A stretch of DNA of 64,000 nucleotides, taken from positions 499,880 through 563,879 of the forward strand of contig CAYPDT010000001.1 of assembly GCA_964409615.1 (NCBI GenBank). The letters are read 5' to 3'. Position 1 is the stretch's first letter. Each line of letters begins with the position of its first letter. The stretch is from an uncultured Candidatus Saccharibacteria bacterium (GTDB lineage: Bacteria; Patescibacteriota; Saccharimonadia; Saccharimonadales; AWTP1-31). The position numbers were made by a program, and so were the translations under genes. The notes beneath the pieces were generated by a model that was not told where the DNA came from, ran no database searches, and was given only the letters and a program-made list of their open reading frames with translations. Of this stretch, positions 46,672 through 56,500 are shown in pieces.

Positions 46672-46797
46672 TTTTCCACCATTATCCAAGGACTTTCCAC
46701 AGGTTTTAAGGTGATAGTGCTCCCTGTGCACAACTCCACACCTGTTTGCAAGCTCTTTGTATGTTCTCTTCTATATTGTCTGGCGGGTTGTGGAAAA
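46672..46797. promoter_or_regulatory. DnaA-box cluster upstream of dnaA (one half of oriC and/or the dnaA autoregulatory region)
   Basis: Matches to TTATCCACA: TTTTCCACC (46672-46680), TTATCCAAG (46682-46690) and CTTTCCACA (46693-46701) lie head-to-tail. AACTCCACA is at 46732-46740. TGTGGAAAA at 46789-46797 is the reverse orientation and matches 8 of 9. An AT-rich stretch at 46555-46670 is adjacent. Confidence 0.6.
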
Positions 46798-46858
46798 CTC
46801 GTGATTATTTGTATAAAATGGCAGTAGACTTTCGAGGGAAGAACTAGAAAAGGGATAC

Positions 46859-48241
46859 ATGAGGGACACAAACGAGGCACTCTGGCAGGCAGTCTTAGGT
46901 GAAATAGAACTAACCGTTTCACGAGGCAGCTTTGTGACGTGGTTCAAAAACACACGTTTATTGCGGCATAAGGATGGTGTGTTAGTAATCGGCGTTAGTA
47001 CGGTATTTGTAAAGAATCAGCTGGAGCGTAAGTTTAATCAACTCATTGTCGATACCCTACAAAAGAATGGTGTTGAACCAGAACGGGTTGAGTATAAAAT
47101 TCATGCTGTCACCACCGCTGTAAACAAGCGGGTCGCCGACGAAAGCGTTATGAGCGCACCACAAGAAGTTCCGCGACAATCCGCCCCACAACCAACCGCC
47201 AACAGTAAGGTGCGTCACGCATATCGCCAGGGCCTCAACGAGCGGTATACGTTCGATAACTTCATTGTTGGCTCCGGCAACGAACTGGCTTACGCGGCTT
47301 GTCAGGCTATTGCCGCTAGCCCGGGCAAAAAATATAACCCGTTGTTTTTGTATGGCGGTGTTGGAATTGGCAAGACCCACCTTATCCAGGCAGTCGGAAA
47401 CGCAATCCTAACAAAAAACCCCTCGGCACACGTAGTCTATATATCGTCGGAGCAATTTGTTCAAGAATTCTTGGATGCTATTCGATACAAGAAAAACACT
47501 GATTTCGCTGGATTCTATCGCAGTGCCGACGTACTAATTGTTGATGACATGCAGTTTATTGCTGGTAAAGAAAAGACTCAAGAAGAATTTTTTCACACCT
47601 TTAACGCCCTACATCAGGCTAATAAGCAGATTATTATTAGTAGCGACAAGCCGCCAAAAGACATCCCTACCCTCGAAGAACGATTGCGGTCGCGCTTTAA
47701 CTGGGGTATGAGTATCGATATGCAGATTCCAGATTTTGAAACTCGTTGTGCCATTATCCAAACCAAGGCAACAGGGCACGGCATAGTACTCACCCCAGAT
47801 GTGGTTGACTATTTAGCCAACCACGTACAGACCAACATCCGTGAGCTCGAAGGCGCCCTTAATCAGTTGTTGGCATTTTGTGAAATGCGCGGGCTTGAGC
47901 CGGAACTAAAGATTGCCACCACTTTGCTGGGTTCGAGCAAGTCACGACCAAAGCACTTGAACGCCAAACAAATTATCGAAAGAACCGCTAAGCACTTTCA
48001 GGTTTCAATGGACGACATACTCGGACCTAAACGAGACAAAGATATTGTCATACCCAGGCAAATTGCTATGTATATGTTGCGGAGTGAGCTGCACTTGAGT
48101 TTCCCTAAAATTGCTCGCGAACTTGGCCGAAAAGACCACACTACAGCTATTCATTCAGTAGAAAAAATCGAAAAGGAGTCTAATCTAGACGCCGACATAC
48201 GCTCTGCTATAGCAGACATCAAGGAGCGGCTCTATGCGTAA
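46859..48241 (+). CDS. dnaA: chromosomal replication initiator protein DnaA
   Basis: Walker A is GGVGIGKTHL, the box VII region is DDMQFIAGKEKTQEEFFHTFN, and the C-terminal HTH is ELGRKDHTTAIHSVEKI. Confidence 0.97.
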   Translation: MRDTNEALWQAVLGEIELTVSRGSFVTWFKNTRLLRHKDGVLVIGVSTVFVKNQLERKFNQLIVDTLQKNGVEPERVEYKIHAVTTAVNKRVADESVMSAPQEVPRQSAPQPTANSKVRHAYRQGLNERYTFDNFIVGSGNELAYAACQAIAASPGKKYNPLFLYGGVGIGKTHLIQAVGNAILTKNPSAHVVYISSEQFVQEFLDAIRYKKNTDFAGFYRSADVLIVDDMQFIAGKEKTQEEFFHTFNALHQANKQIIISSDKPPKDIPTLEERLRSRFNWGMSIDMQIPDFETRCAIIQTKATGHGIVLTPDVVDYLANHVQTNIRELEGALNQLLAFCEMRGLEPELKIATTLLGSSKSRPKHLNAKQIIERTAKHFQVSMDDILGPKRDKDIVIPRQIAMYMLRSELHLSFPKIARELGRKDHTTAIHSVEKIEKESNLDADIRSAIADIKERLYA

Positions 48242-48520
48242 TAATGTGTTCTGGTTATGTGGAGAAGGTGCGGACAAGCAACGGCTGGGCCTGGGTACAA
48301 CTAGCCGAGCTGTGCACAGCATATTGTTTTGCACACTATTTGTGCGCAGCATGAGTACAACTAGTAGGGTTTCTGCACGACTTTTCCGAGTGCTTTGTGC
48401 ACACAAAAATAGGGCTATTCAATCTATTAGTTTGCTGGTTTTCCCCACTATCCCCAGCCCTTACTATTATGTCTGTTCTGATTTATCTAAAAAACTTATT
48501 AATAATAGGAGGTGTGCATA
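48242..48520. promoter_or_regulatory. 279-bp dnaA-dnaN spacer: candidate oriC module with DnaA-like boxes, repeated 10-12-mers and an AT-rich end
   Basis: TGTGGAGAA (48258-48266) matches 8 of 9. TTTTCCCCA and CTATCCCCA are tandem at 48439-48456. TGTGCRCAGCAT occurs twice (48311, 48341) and GTACAACTAG twice (48295, 48355). The AT-rich stretch tgatttatctaaaaaacttattaataata lies before the dnaN RBS. Confidence 0.5.
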
Positions 48521-49612
48521 ATGAAGCTTCAGGTAACCCAAGAGAACCTCAACAAAGCCCTTAGTAGCGTTGCCCGAGTAGCCAATACACGTGGAACCTT
48601 GCCAATTCTTGCCAACGTCGTACTAAAAACAGTTGGCACACGACTAACTATTGCTGCAACCAACCTAGACATTGCCATTACCCACTATATAGGTTCTAAA
48701 GTTGCCGAAGAAGGCAGTATTACTGTCCCCGCCCGGCTAATGCAGGATTTTGTCGGTAGCTTACCGAGCGGCGTAATCGAGCTTTCGCTAGATGACTACA
48801 AACTACACATCACTACCGACCAATATAACTCAGTTATCAACGGCGTTTCTGCCGAAGAGTTCCCAGTGATGCCAGCTATTACCGAAGGAAAAAGTTTTTC
48901 AATTTCTACTGGGGTTCTGAAGAAAGCGCTTCAACAAGTACTTGTGGCAGCTAGTAGTGACGAAGCTCGCCCGGTGCTAACCGGCGTTTATTTCCATGTG
49001 CATGAAGGCAGTGTTTACATGGCGGCCACAGATAGTTACCGACTTGCAGAAAAGAATATCGGAGCGGTATCGGACGATGTTAATCTGCTTATTCCAGCAA
49101 GCGCCCTCCAGGATTTACTACGACTACTGAGCGATGGTGACGAACAGGTAGAGGTTACTCATGATGAACAACAAGTCTTATTCAAGGTTGGTGAGGTGGA
49201 ATTAGTTACACGTCTAATCGAGGGTACGTATCCAGACTATCGTAGGCTTGTGCCGACTAGTTTTGCTACAGAGGCGACGCTTAAACGAGCAGACTTTGTG
49301 AATATTACCAAAGTTTCGAGTTTGTTTGCTCGCGAAAGTGCCGGCAGTGTAACTGTACATTTAGACCCGGAGGCTAAAACGGTGAGTATTCGCTCAATTG
49401 CATCGCAATTAGGTGAAAACACCGCCAGCGCTACGGCTGAGGTTACTAGTGAGGGTACAATAACACTCAACTCAAAATATTTGCTCGATGCCCTCGGTAC
49501 TTTGTCGGGCGACCAAGTAAAACTCTGTTTTAATGGAAAACTTGAGCCCTGCGTGCTTAAGGATGCGAAAGCCGATGACTATACCCACGTAATTATGCCG
49601 CTCAAGAGCTAG
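48521..49612 (+). CDS. dnaN: DNA polymerase III beta sliding clamp
   Basis: MKLQVTQENLNKALSSVARVANTRGTLPILANVVLK is the typical DnaN N-terminus. AGGAGG lies 8 nt upstream of the ATG at 48521; the track start at 48512 is too early. Confidence 0.95.
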   Translation: MKLQVTQENLNKALSSVARVANTRGTLPILANVVLKTVGTRLTIAATNLDIAITHYIGSKVAEEGSITVPARLMQDFVGSLPSGVIELSLDDYKLHITTDQYNSVINGVSAEEFPVMPAITEGKSFSISTGVLKKALQQVLVAASSDEARPVLTGVYFHVHEGSVYMAATDSYRLAEKNIGAVSDDVNLLIPASALQDLLRLLSDGDEQVEVTHDEQQVLFKVGEVELVTRLIEGTYPDYRRLVPTSFATEATLKRADFVNITKVSSLFARESAGSVTVHLDPEAKTVSIRSIASQLGENTASATAEVTSEGTITLNSKYLLDALGTLSGDQVKLCFNGKLEPCVLKDAKADDYTHVIMPLKS

Positions 49613-49648
49613 ACCTAGGCGTGGGCAGCTAAGGTACACTAAGGGTAT

Positions 49649-50710
49649 ATGGTTACTGATTTACGCCTTATAAATTTTCGCTCATATACCGATGCTGTGT
49701 TTGAATTCGGCAAGAGCGTAAATATAATAGTTGGTCCCAATGCGAGTGGTAAAACCAACCTGCTAGAAGCTGTGCTGGTACTTTGCAGCGGCTCTTCGTA
49801 TAGAGTTAAAGACATAGAGCTTATAAACTTTTCAGCGCCTTGGGCACGACTAGAAGGCTCCACGGTTGATGGTGCCCGCAAGCTAACTATTGAAAATATT
49901 GATGATGCTGCTAAGAAAAAATTTACTATCAACAATGTTTCATTGAGTCGGCTGACCCTGCAAAAGAAAATACCAGTGGTAGTTTTCGAGCCAGAACACC
50001 TGCGTATGCTACAAGGAGGGCCTGAAAAACGGAGGGATTACCTCGATTCCCTGCTTGAGCAAACCGTGTCTGGGTATGGCACACTGCGCCGCGAATACCG
50101 CAGAACACTTGCTCAGCGGAATGCTTTGCTTAAGCAAATGGTAGCCCCGAGCGATAGCCAGTTGTTTGTTTGGAATGTTCGACTCAGTGAGCTTGGGGGA
50201 AAGATTGCTAGGTTGCGAGCAGGTGTAGTAGATAAATTAAACACCAATATCGAAGCGCTGTATAGCGAACTTGCCCACAATCAAGTACCCGTTAAGCTTG
50301 TGTATGAAAGTGACGGATCGGTGGATAATTATAGTAGTGATGTGCTGCGGCTATTGTCTCAGAACCTAGCGAAAGATTCACAACGAGGCTTTACCAGTAA
50401 TGGTCCGCACCGGCATGACCTAGGAGTCTATCTTAAGGGTCACCCGGCCCCGCTAACAGCTTCTCGCGGAGAGAGTCGTACTCTCCTGTTGGCATTAAAG
50501 CTCTTAGAGTTGCAGCTTATTGAAGAGGTGCGTGGCAAGCGACCAGTGCTGTTGCTCGACGATGTATTTAGCGAACTAGACGGTGCTCGTCGCAAGGCAC
50601 TTACAAGGCACCTGAAAGATTATCAAACCTTCATTACGACCACTGATGCAGACATAGTTGTGCAGCACTTTATCGACGACTGTACCATAATTCCTCTCAC
50701 TGCTGCCTAA
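49649..50710 (+). CDS. recF: DNA replication and repair protein RecF
   Basis: FRSYTDAVFEFGKSVNIIVGPNASGKTNLLEAV carries Walker A, and LLLDDVFSELD is Walker B. The dnaA-dnaN-recF synteny supports the call. Confidence 0.95.
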   Translation: MVTDLRLINFRSYTDAVFEFGKSVNIIVGPNASGKTNLLEAVLVLCSGSSYRVKDIELINFSAPWARLEGSTVDGARKLTIENIDDAAKKKFTINNVSLSRLTLQKKIPVVVFEPEHLRMLQGGPEKRRDYLDSLLEQTVSGYGTLRREYRRTLAQRNALLKQMVAPSDSQLFVWNVRLSELGGKIARLRAGVVDKLNTNIEALYSELAHNQVPVKLVYESDGSVDNYSSDVLRLLSQNLAKDSQRGFTSNGPHRHDLGVYLKGHPAPLTASRGESRTLLLALKLLELQLIEEVRGKRPVLLLDDVFSELDGARRKALTRHLKDYQTFITTTDADIVVQHFIDDCTIIPLTAA

Positions 50711-50726
50711 GTGTTAACAGCGCTTA

Positions 50727-52289
50727 CTATAGTAGTATTTCGATATTGTAGCCCAACGAACGAAGCTTGAGTGAGTTTATGACCGTTTCGGCGCCCTGCC
50801 GGGCTGCTGCTATTCTGGCATCGTCGTCAATAAAGTCATCTTCTCCGGCACGCGTTACGCCATCGCCATATTCAAGTACGATATACATATTTTTACGGTC
50901 AATAATTACGCTATTTATGTCTTTTGATGCACGAAGTTGTGTGGCCCACACATCAATCCGGTCGGTAAATGCGGCGCTGGTGTCTACGAGAAGGGCATGC
51001 GGCCCACTCTTGTCTGCCACACACAACACATATTGATCTGGGTCTCTGCTTTCACCGATGCCACAGTAACTGTAGTCGTTAAAAGAGTAGTCTACGGTAA
51101 CGGACTTATTTTCGGTATTAAGTTCTAAGACTCCCCATCGGGTGACAACCAATACCCTGTTAGCTAGGCCGATAATTTGAGAAACATTACTAATACTATA
51201 GGTCGGCACAAGCGTCGAGTCGTTGATAGAGAGAACGGTAAGACGCTGTTTGTCGCCGGCTGGCTCCATGGCGCAAAGCGTATTGGTGCCACAAAGAGTA
51301 GTGCTCTTCCAGGCGGTTTCGTGATAATACGTACCAACAACTTTTGTTTTTGAAATAACCACCGTAGCACCACGTGTGTCCTTCGCCTGCTTACTCAAGC
51401 TGTTATCTTCTTTTTTCGATACTGATTGATACGACAAGACGATAGATGTGCCACTTGCATTGAGTGAGGTTGCGGCTAGACTGCCGTCGATTTTGGGCAA
51501 GTTTATACTTTGTGCGGTGCTATCTATCGTGGGATAGTAAAGAATATCCGAATAATCCTCGCTGTATAGCAAGATGCCACCGTCGTACGATACGGCTTGG
51601 TAGTTTTTGCTAGCATCGAGTTCATCTAGAAACGTCTGCTCACCATCAATATCAAAGCTGCCTGGCTTGAGTTTGGCGAAACTATACGAACCCGCACCTG
51701 TCTCTTCAATCTCAGGAGTGGCCTTAAATAAAGCTACTGCGCCAGACGAGGTTCCGACTACTGCAACCGGCTGAAGGTCGGTGTCGGAAAATAGCTCGCT
51801 TACCCCGGGAGGAGTGCTTCCGTTGGTCTGGTTGTGGCGAAAAATGCCCCCACCGGGTTGGCTGCAGGCGTAAGAAAGGAGTTGCTGATCCATATACATG
51901 CAGCCACGAGGATTATCGGCAATAAAGCTACGGTTTTTTTCGGTAACCAACCTAATGGTGACTGTGCGTGACCGAAACCACCCGGCACTTTCTATGATTT
52001 GCCAGGCATTATTACCATTTTCGCTCGCCCGCACTTCATAGCTCGATTTCTTTACCAGGCGACGGGTTGGTTGAGCGGTGGTTTGCACTACTGTTTCGGT
52101 GTTGGTGTTTTGGTTAAGGAGTGTAACGGATGTTTGTTGGCTGTTTTGTTGACTAGGGTTTTCAACAGATATTGTTACGAAGCCATATTGTGATGCGGAG
52201 CGTAATCCCAGTGCTGCAAGAAAAACAATCACAGCGATAAAAAGTGCTTTCTTGCTTCGTTGCCATATTTGATAGAATCGACTTTCCAT
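50727..52289 (-). CDS. membrane-anchored, beta-rich hypothetical protein (last gene of the T4SS-like operon)
   Basis: An N-terminal anchor (ALFIAVIVFLAALGL) is followed by a Q/N/T-rich linker and an ectodomain of about 430 aa. I recognised no family. AAGGTAGG lies upstream of the start. Confidence 0.6.
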   Translation of the reverse strand: MESRFYQIWQRSKKALFIAVIVFLAALGLRSASQYGFVTISVENPSQQNSQQTSVTLLNQNTNTETVVQTTAQPTRRLVKKSSYEVRASENGNNAWQIIESAGWFRSRTVTIRLVTEKNRSFIADNPRGCMYMDQQLLSYACSQPGGGIFRHNQTNGSTPPGVSELFSDTDLQPVAVVGTSSGAVALFKATPEIEETGAGSYSFAKLKPGSFDIDGEQTFLDELDASKNYQAVSYDGGILLYSEDYSDILYYPTIDSTAQSINLPKIDGSLAATSLNASGTSIVLSYQSVSKKEDNSLSKQAKDTRGATVVISKTKVVGTYYHETAWKSTTLCGTNTLCAMEPAGDKQRLTVLSINDSTLVPTYSISNVSQIIGLANRVLVVTRWGVLELNTENKSVTVDYSFNDYSYCGIGESRDPDQYVLCVADKSGPHALLVDTSAAFTDRIDVWATQLRASKDINSVIIDRKNMYIVLEYGDGVTRAGEDDFIDDDARIAAARQGAETVINSLKLRSLGYNIEILL

Positions 52290-52300
52290 TTGTACCTACC

Positions 52301-53587
52301 TTACTTTAACCGGGCTAGCGTGTAGTGCCCACGCCCGGATGAATCGTTAACCTCGGCTTTGCCAAGGTTGGGCATACGACTGCCAATGGATGCATCGGCT
52401 TTATTCTTCCCTCCACCCTGGTCACCCACGAATATGTAGGTATGACCGTACTTACTTCCACCACCACTACCAACAATCAGAATGTCGCCAGGCCTTAGAT
52501 CTTGCAGTCCAAAATTGTTTGTAACCATGTAGAGGTCTGGGTGTGCCTTGACGTATTGCATTTGCACGGCCGTACCCACTTTAGGGTAATTTGGGTCGGC
52601 ACCCGTGGCTAACATGACCGTAGCGACGAACGCTCCGCAGTCGGCTCCGTTGTTACTAACTCCTTTATTAAACTGTGCGACCGCCGCGGCATATTCTGGC
52701 TTCGGCGTCAGTCCGTTACTGCTTGGCCACGAGTAAAGAACGGCTGTTGAGGCAATATTGGCCGCTTTTGCACCCGGTGCTTGATTGGGGTCTCCACTGT
52801 CTGGGCCACAGCCAGAGGCTGCAGGTGCCGTGGTTACCGGTGCGTTAGGGTCAGGTGCGGGCGTGGCTTGCTGTGAGCCGTATTTTGCCAGGTATCCCCG
52901 CGCCTTTTGTGTACGGGTTATGACGCGCTCCTCCTTTTTAGAGGGTATTTCATAGTGATAGGTGATAATTTTTGTCGCATCTTCTACAGTAGAACTGGCC
53001 AGGAGTGGATCCAGTGTAGATTTTTTATACGGTCCATTGAGCTCGTCCCACATATATTCAAGCTGTAAGCCTAGGTCGCCTGGTTTAATCCCTGTTGATG
53101 ACGACTTATTACGTAGTCCGTCTTTGCGTCCAGGAGAGGTCCATTGAATGATTCCATAGCCTGGTTGCCCGGCTGAGTTGACGTTTGGCGGCACAGCATC
53201 ATCTAGGCTGGATGGTTTACCAGCTTTTGATATCTCACCCCGTGAGTTAGGGTAGCCGTACTCTACAAGTCGAGGCTCAAAGTGCGCCTCTTCTACCATG
53301 TTACCCATAAAGCCAGCTGCCATCCAAGGCTTGAGCCCCTTACCTATCATAAAGTTCCAAACCTTAACCTCGTTGTCGGTGCCTGGCAGTACTATGGTTC
53401 CTCCCGAACAAAGAACATCATCTTTTTCGTCGAGCACATGCCAGACAGCACCAATATCAAGAGCCTTTTGGTCTTCCTCGGATATGGCGAGCGCAGTAAC
53501 CGGCATTAGATTAACGAGCAAACAAAGGAGCGCAAGCAACAACGCCCCTGTATGGATAGTTCGTCGTCGATTTTTTAGATATTTCAT
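52301..53587 (-). CDS. secreted bifunctional peptidoglycan hydrolase: N-terminal phage-tail-lysozyme-like domain plus C-terminal NlpC/P60- or CHAP-like cysteine peptidase
   Basis: The signal sequence is TGALLLALLCLLVNLMPVTALA. AAGFMGNMVEEAHFEP resembles the lysozyme-2 GNxxxES motif. After a P/A-rich linker, the C-terminal domain has NGADCGAFVATV (Cys) and KYGHTYIFVG (His). Confidence 0.7.
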   Translation of the reverse strand: MKYLKNRRRTIHTGALLLALLCLLVNLMPVTALAISEEDQKALDIGAVWHVLDEKDDVLCSGGTIVLPGTDNEVKVWNFMIGKGLKPWMAAGFMGNMVEEAHFEPRLVEYGYPNSRGEISKAGKPSSLDDAVPPNVNSAGQPGYGIIQWTSPGRKDGLRNKSSSTGIKPGDLGLQLEYMWDELNGPYKKSTLDPLLASSTVEDATKIITYHYEIPSKKEERVITRTQKARGYLAKYGSQQATPAPDPNAPVTTAPAASGCGPDSGDPNQAPGAKAANIASTAVLYSWPSSNGLTPKPEYAAAVAQFNKGVSNNGADCGAFVATVMLATGADPNYPKVGTAVQMQYVKAHPDLYMVTNNFGLQDLRPGDILIVGSGGGSKYGHTYIFVGDQGGGKNKADASIGSRMPNLGKAEVNDSSGRGHYTLARLK

Positions 53588-53591
53588 ACTT

Positions 53592-56500
53592 TTAGTTTCC
53601 GTCCACCGACCAATGCCATGGTTCGCTTGGTAGGTTTATTAACTTATAGGTCTTAGCATTAGATGCTAGCCATTTGTAGCAGGCGGTACTGCGGGTGCTG
53701 CAGTTGCTAAAGTCGATTGCCAATCCCATTTGGTGGTTAGAGTAGCCTGGGCGAGCCGTCGGTGGGCTGCAACTCTTTGCTGGTGAGGTATAGATATCCG
53801 GGCAGTTGTTACGCTTACGAGCGTCAATTTGGCCTTGCATGGTTCTAAAGCCACCACCCCCCAGGTTAACTCCGCCTGCCCGAGCTGCGTTAATCAGTCT
53901 ATCGAGGTCGCCAGATATTTGTGCGTTTACAGTAATTCCTTGTACTCGGCAGATACGAATCTTGTACAGCTGATTATTTTTGTAGCCATCGGCACCACCG
54001 GGTGGGCTAACGTCTGTTCCTGCCTGACATGTAGATGTGTCGTAGGTGTTACCCGTCGGAGGTCCTGGGTTTGGATTGCCTGGTGTCGTAGGTGCAGGCG
54101 TACTGTCGGTGCCAGAAGTTATACTCGAGGCACTGTCGTTGAGTGCTTCATCGGAAAATTTACCACCAGCGGCCGAGGTTGCGGCCGAGTACAACAGGCA
54201 GGGATTTCCTGTTTTGTGTACTTCCATGCCGGTTGCCTCGTCGACTTCTACATCGTCGGCCCACTTCTCGTTAAAAGCACTACAGTATTCATTGGTTAAG
54301 GTTGTTGGGTCTACGTTGAGGGCAGTGTCGCCCTCTGGATGGCCAAAACGAAGGGTGCCGAATGGATTGGGTAGTTCACTGCCCGCGGCACTTGCTTTAC
54401 GCGTAAAGAAGTTGCCGAACCCAGAACTAATCACAGCAAATGGACTACTGACTAGCCTGTTCGCTGTTTGCGACACAGCTGTAGAAGTCGTAAACGGCAT
54501 AGCCATAGCAACTTGTCCAACCAGTGACCGGCTATCCTGTTGATCAAACAAGCGCGCGTAAAGCGGCTTGCTAGCAAAGTCTTCTTGCGCTTTTAATTCC
54601 TCTTCTTGTAAGAGTGCAGAAGACTGCGCATCAGATATTTGCCCGCCACCAATGCCAAATTCGCCAGAGGTAGAGGCTAATACGTCCATGCCCGCCGCTA
54701 GGCCCTGGAAGGTTCTACCGCCACTCATGGTGTCGCTAACGAACGACTTAAATATTTTGCCGCTCAATGCCTCGATGTAGGGTGAAACATATTCCATGAC
54801 ATTTTCGGTAATAGCATTAACCAAGGGGTTATCCAGTAATAGCGAGCTAACCCAGTCCAGAGGCTTATCAACCAGGCTGCTGAGTGTCGACCAGACGCCT
54901 GCCGCTGCCTTCAAGGCGCTTAATCCGGGAAGATTAAACATGTCAGAGATTGACGTGACCACATTGTCGATTCTAAAAGTTTCGTCGTCGCAGGCATCTT
55001 TGTTGCCCACGGGTGTTTTATCGGGACACGTGTAGCCAGTGACGGTAGCAGAGGCCGAAACAGAGGGGGTGAAGATACTAAAAGCGGTAGTTTGTTGCGA
55101 GCTGCCAAAAAGCTTCTGATACATTGGGCTGGTTTCTGCCGGTTCGCCTTTATGGTCGGCATCGCCAGCAGTGTCTCCCAGGGCTTCGGCCATGGATCTG
55201 GCAACCTCAGGGTCGGTATAGCCGCCCTTTTGCTCATCCGACGCTGTCAGCATGCCTGCTGCAAGTGCGGCCGCTGAGGCCGTTCCGATAACATAGTTAA
55301 TTTTACGTAGCTTGGGGCCTATGGTCGCAGCCTTGTTAATAAAGGTCGCTGCGGTGTCTATCCAGCCAATAACTGGAATCGAGCCCTTGGCTAACTTCTT
55401 GCCAGCTTCGCCACCTAATTTTTCTGCAAGCTCAATAACAACGTATTTGCCCAGTCCGCCCGCATCCTCTAGTTTTACGACGGTTTCACTTATTTTATCT
55501 ATGCCTTCGGCGGTTAAGTTAGTGCCCCGTTTTTCGAGGTAGTTCTTAACATTTTTTTGCAGTACGTCTTTGCGCTCTAAGTCATCTGGTTTGTTGTCTT
55601 TGCGGTCTGGCTCACCATTAAGGCAGGAGTCATCAATAATGCACACTAAAGCCTCGCCAAGCATGCCGCTGCGGCCGACTAGAACCTTCTGGGTTAACAT
55701 TAGCTTAAAGGCGTTTTTACGCTTGTCCTTATAGTCAGCAAATCTGTCACGAGACTTACAGAACACAAAACAACGCTTGATTCCGTACTTACTTTCCATC
55801 AACTTGCCAACACGGTATCTATACAGCATCTTTTTCCAACCTGTTTCTTTTTCGAGCGCGGTACGAACGGTATTACGTACGTCGCTTCTACTACCGGTTG
55901 CAGTCCAAAGGTTAGAGTTAGGGTCTTTCAAGAAGCCGTCGACATCAACATTGCTGGTTTTTCCATCAATCTTTACAGTGAATGTTGTCGCGCCCGGGGA
56001 GCGTTCGAGTTCGAGGCCGTATTTTTCCGACATACGGTTTTCTAGCCTCCCCTCCCTCCATGCATTAGACAGGCGGCCAAACGGTGTATCGTTATCGCTG
56101 ACCGAGACACAATCTTTGTTGATGGTTTTAGTACTGCCACAGCCAGGTTTGCCAAGGCCGGGTATTATTTTTTCTTTCAGATATTTGGTAAACATTTTGT
56201 CTACAGCCTTATCTACGGCATTGTTGGTGCCAGAAAAGTATTTAGACTGCAGGTTGTCCATCATCATATTGAGCTTATACGGCAATAGAGCGAAAAAGAG
56301 GGTTATGACAATTCCTGCCACACCACCACCAACACCCAGGCCCGTGGCCGTTCTTTTATTAAGCAGGCTTTTGCTCATGACGCGTGTGGTTCCGGCAATA
56401 CCCTTTGCGTCCTTTAGGTTTGTAAGCCACATTGCCTCACCGGCCAGTGCCCCAAAGCGCTCTCTGTCTTCTGATGTGATGCCCTGCTCAGCATCACGCA

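Noticed and set aside
48234-48521. A 95-aa ORF filling the dnaA-dnaN spacer.
   Set aside because: It starts inside the dnaA stop region. Its peptide is Cys/Arg/Leu-rich and implausible. The DNA is better explained by DnaA-like boxes, repeats and an AT-rich tract (oriC).
49635-49648. recF as a further leaderless example (TACACT, 8 nt before the ATG).
   Set aside because: The intervening AAGGG could equally be a closely spaced Shine-Dalgarno sequence, and the gene may be co-transcribed with dnaN. It is too ambiguous to count.
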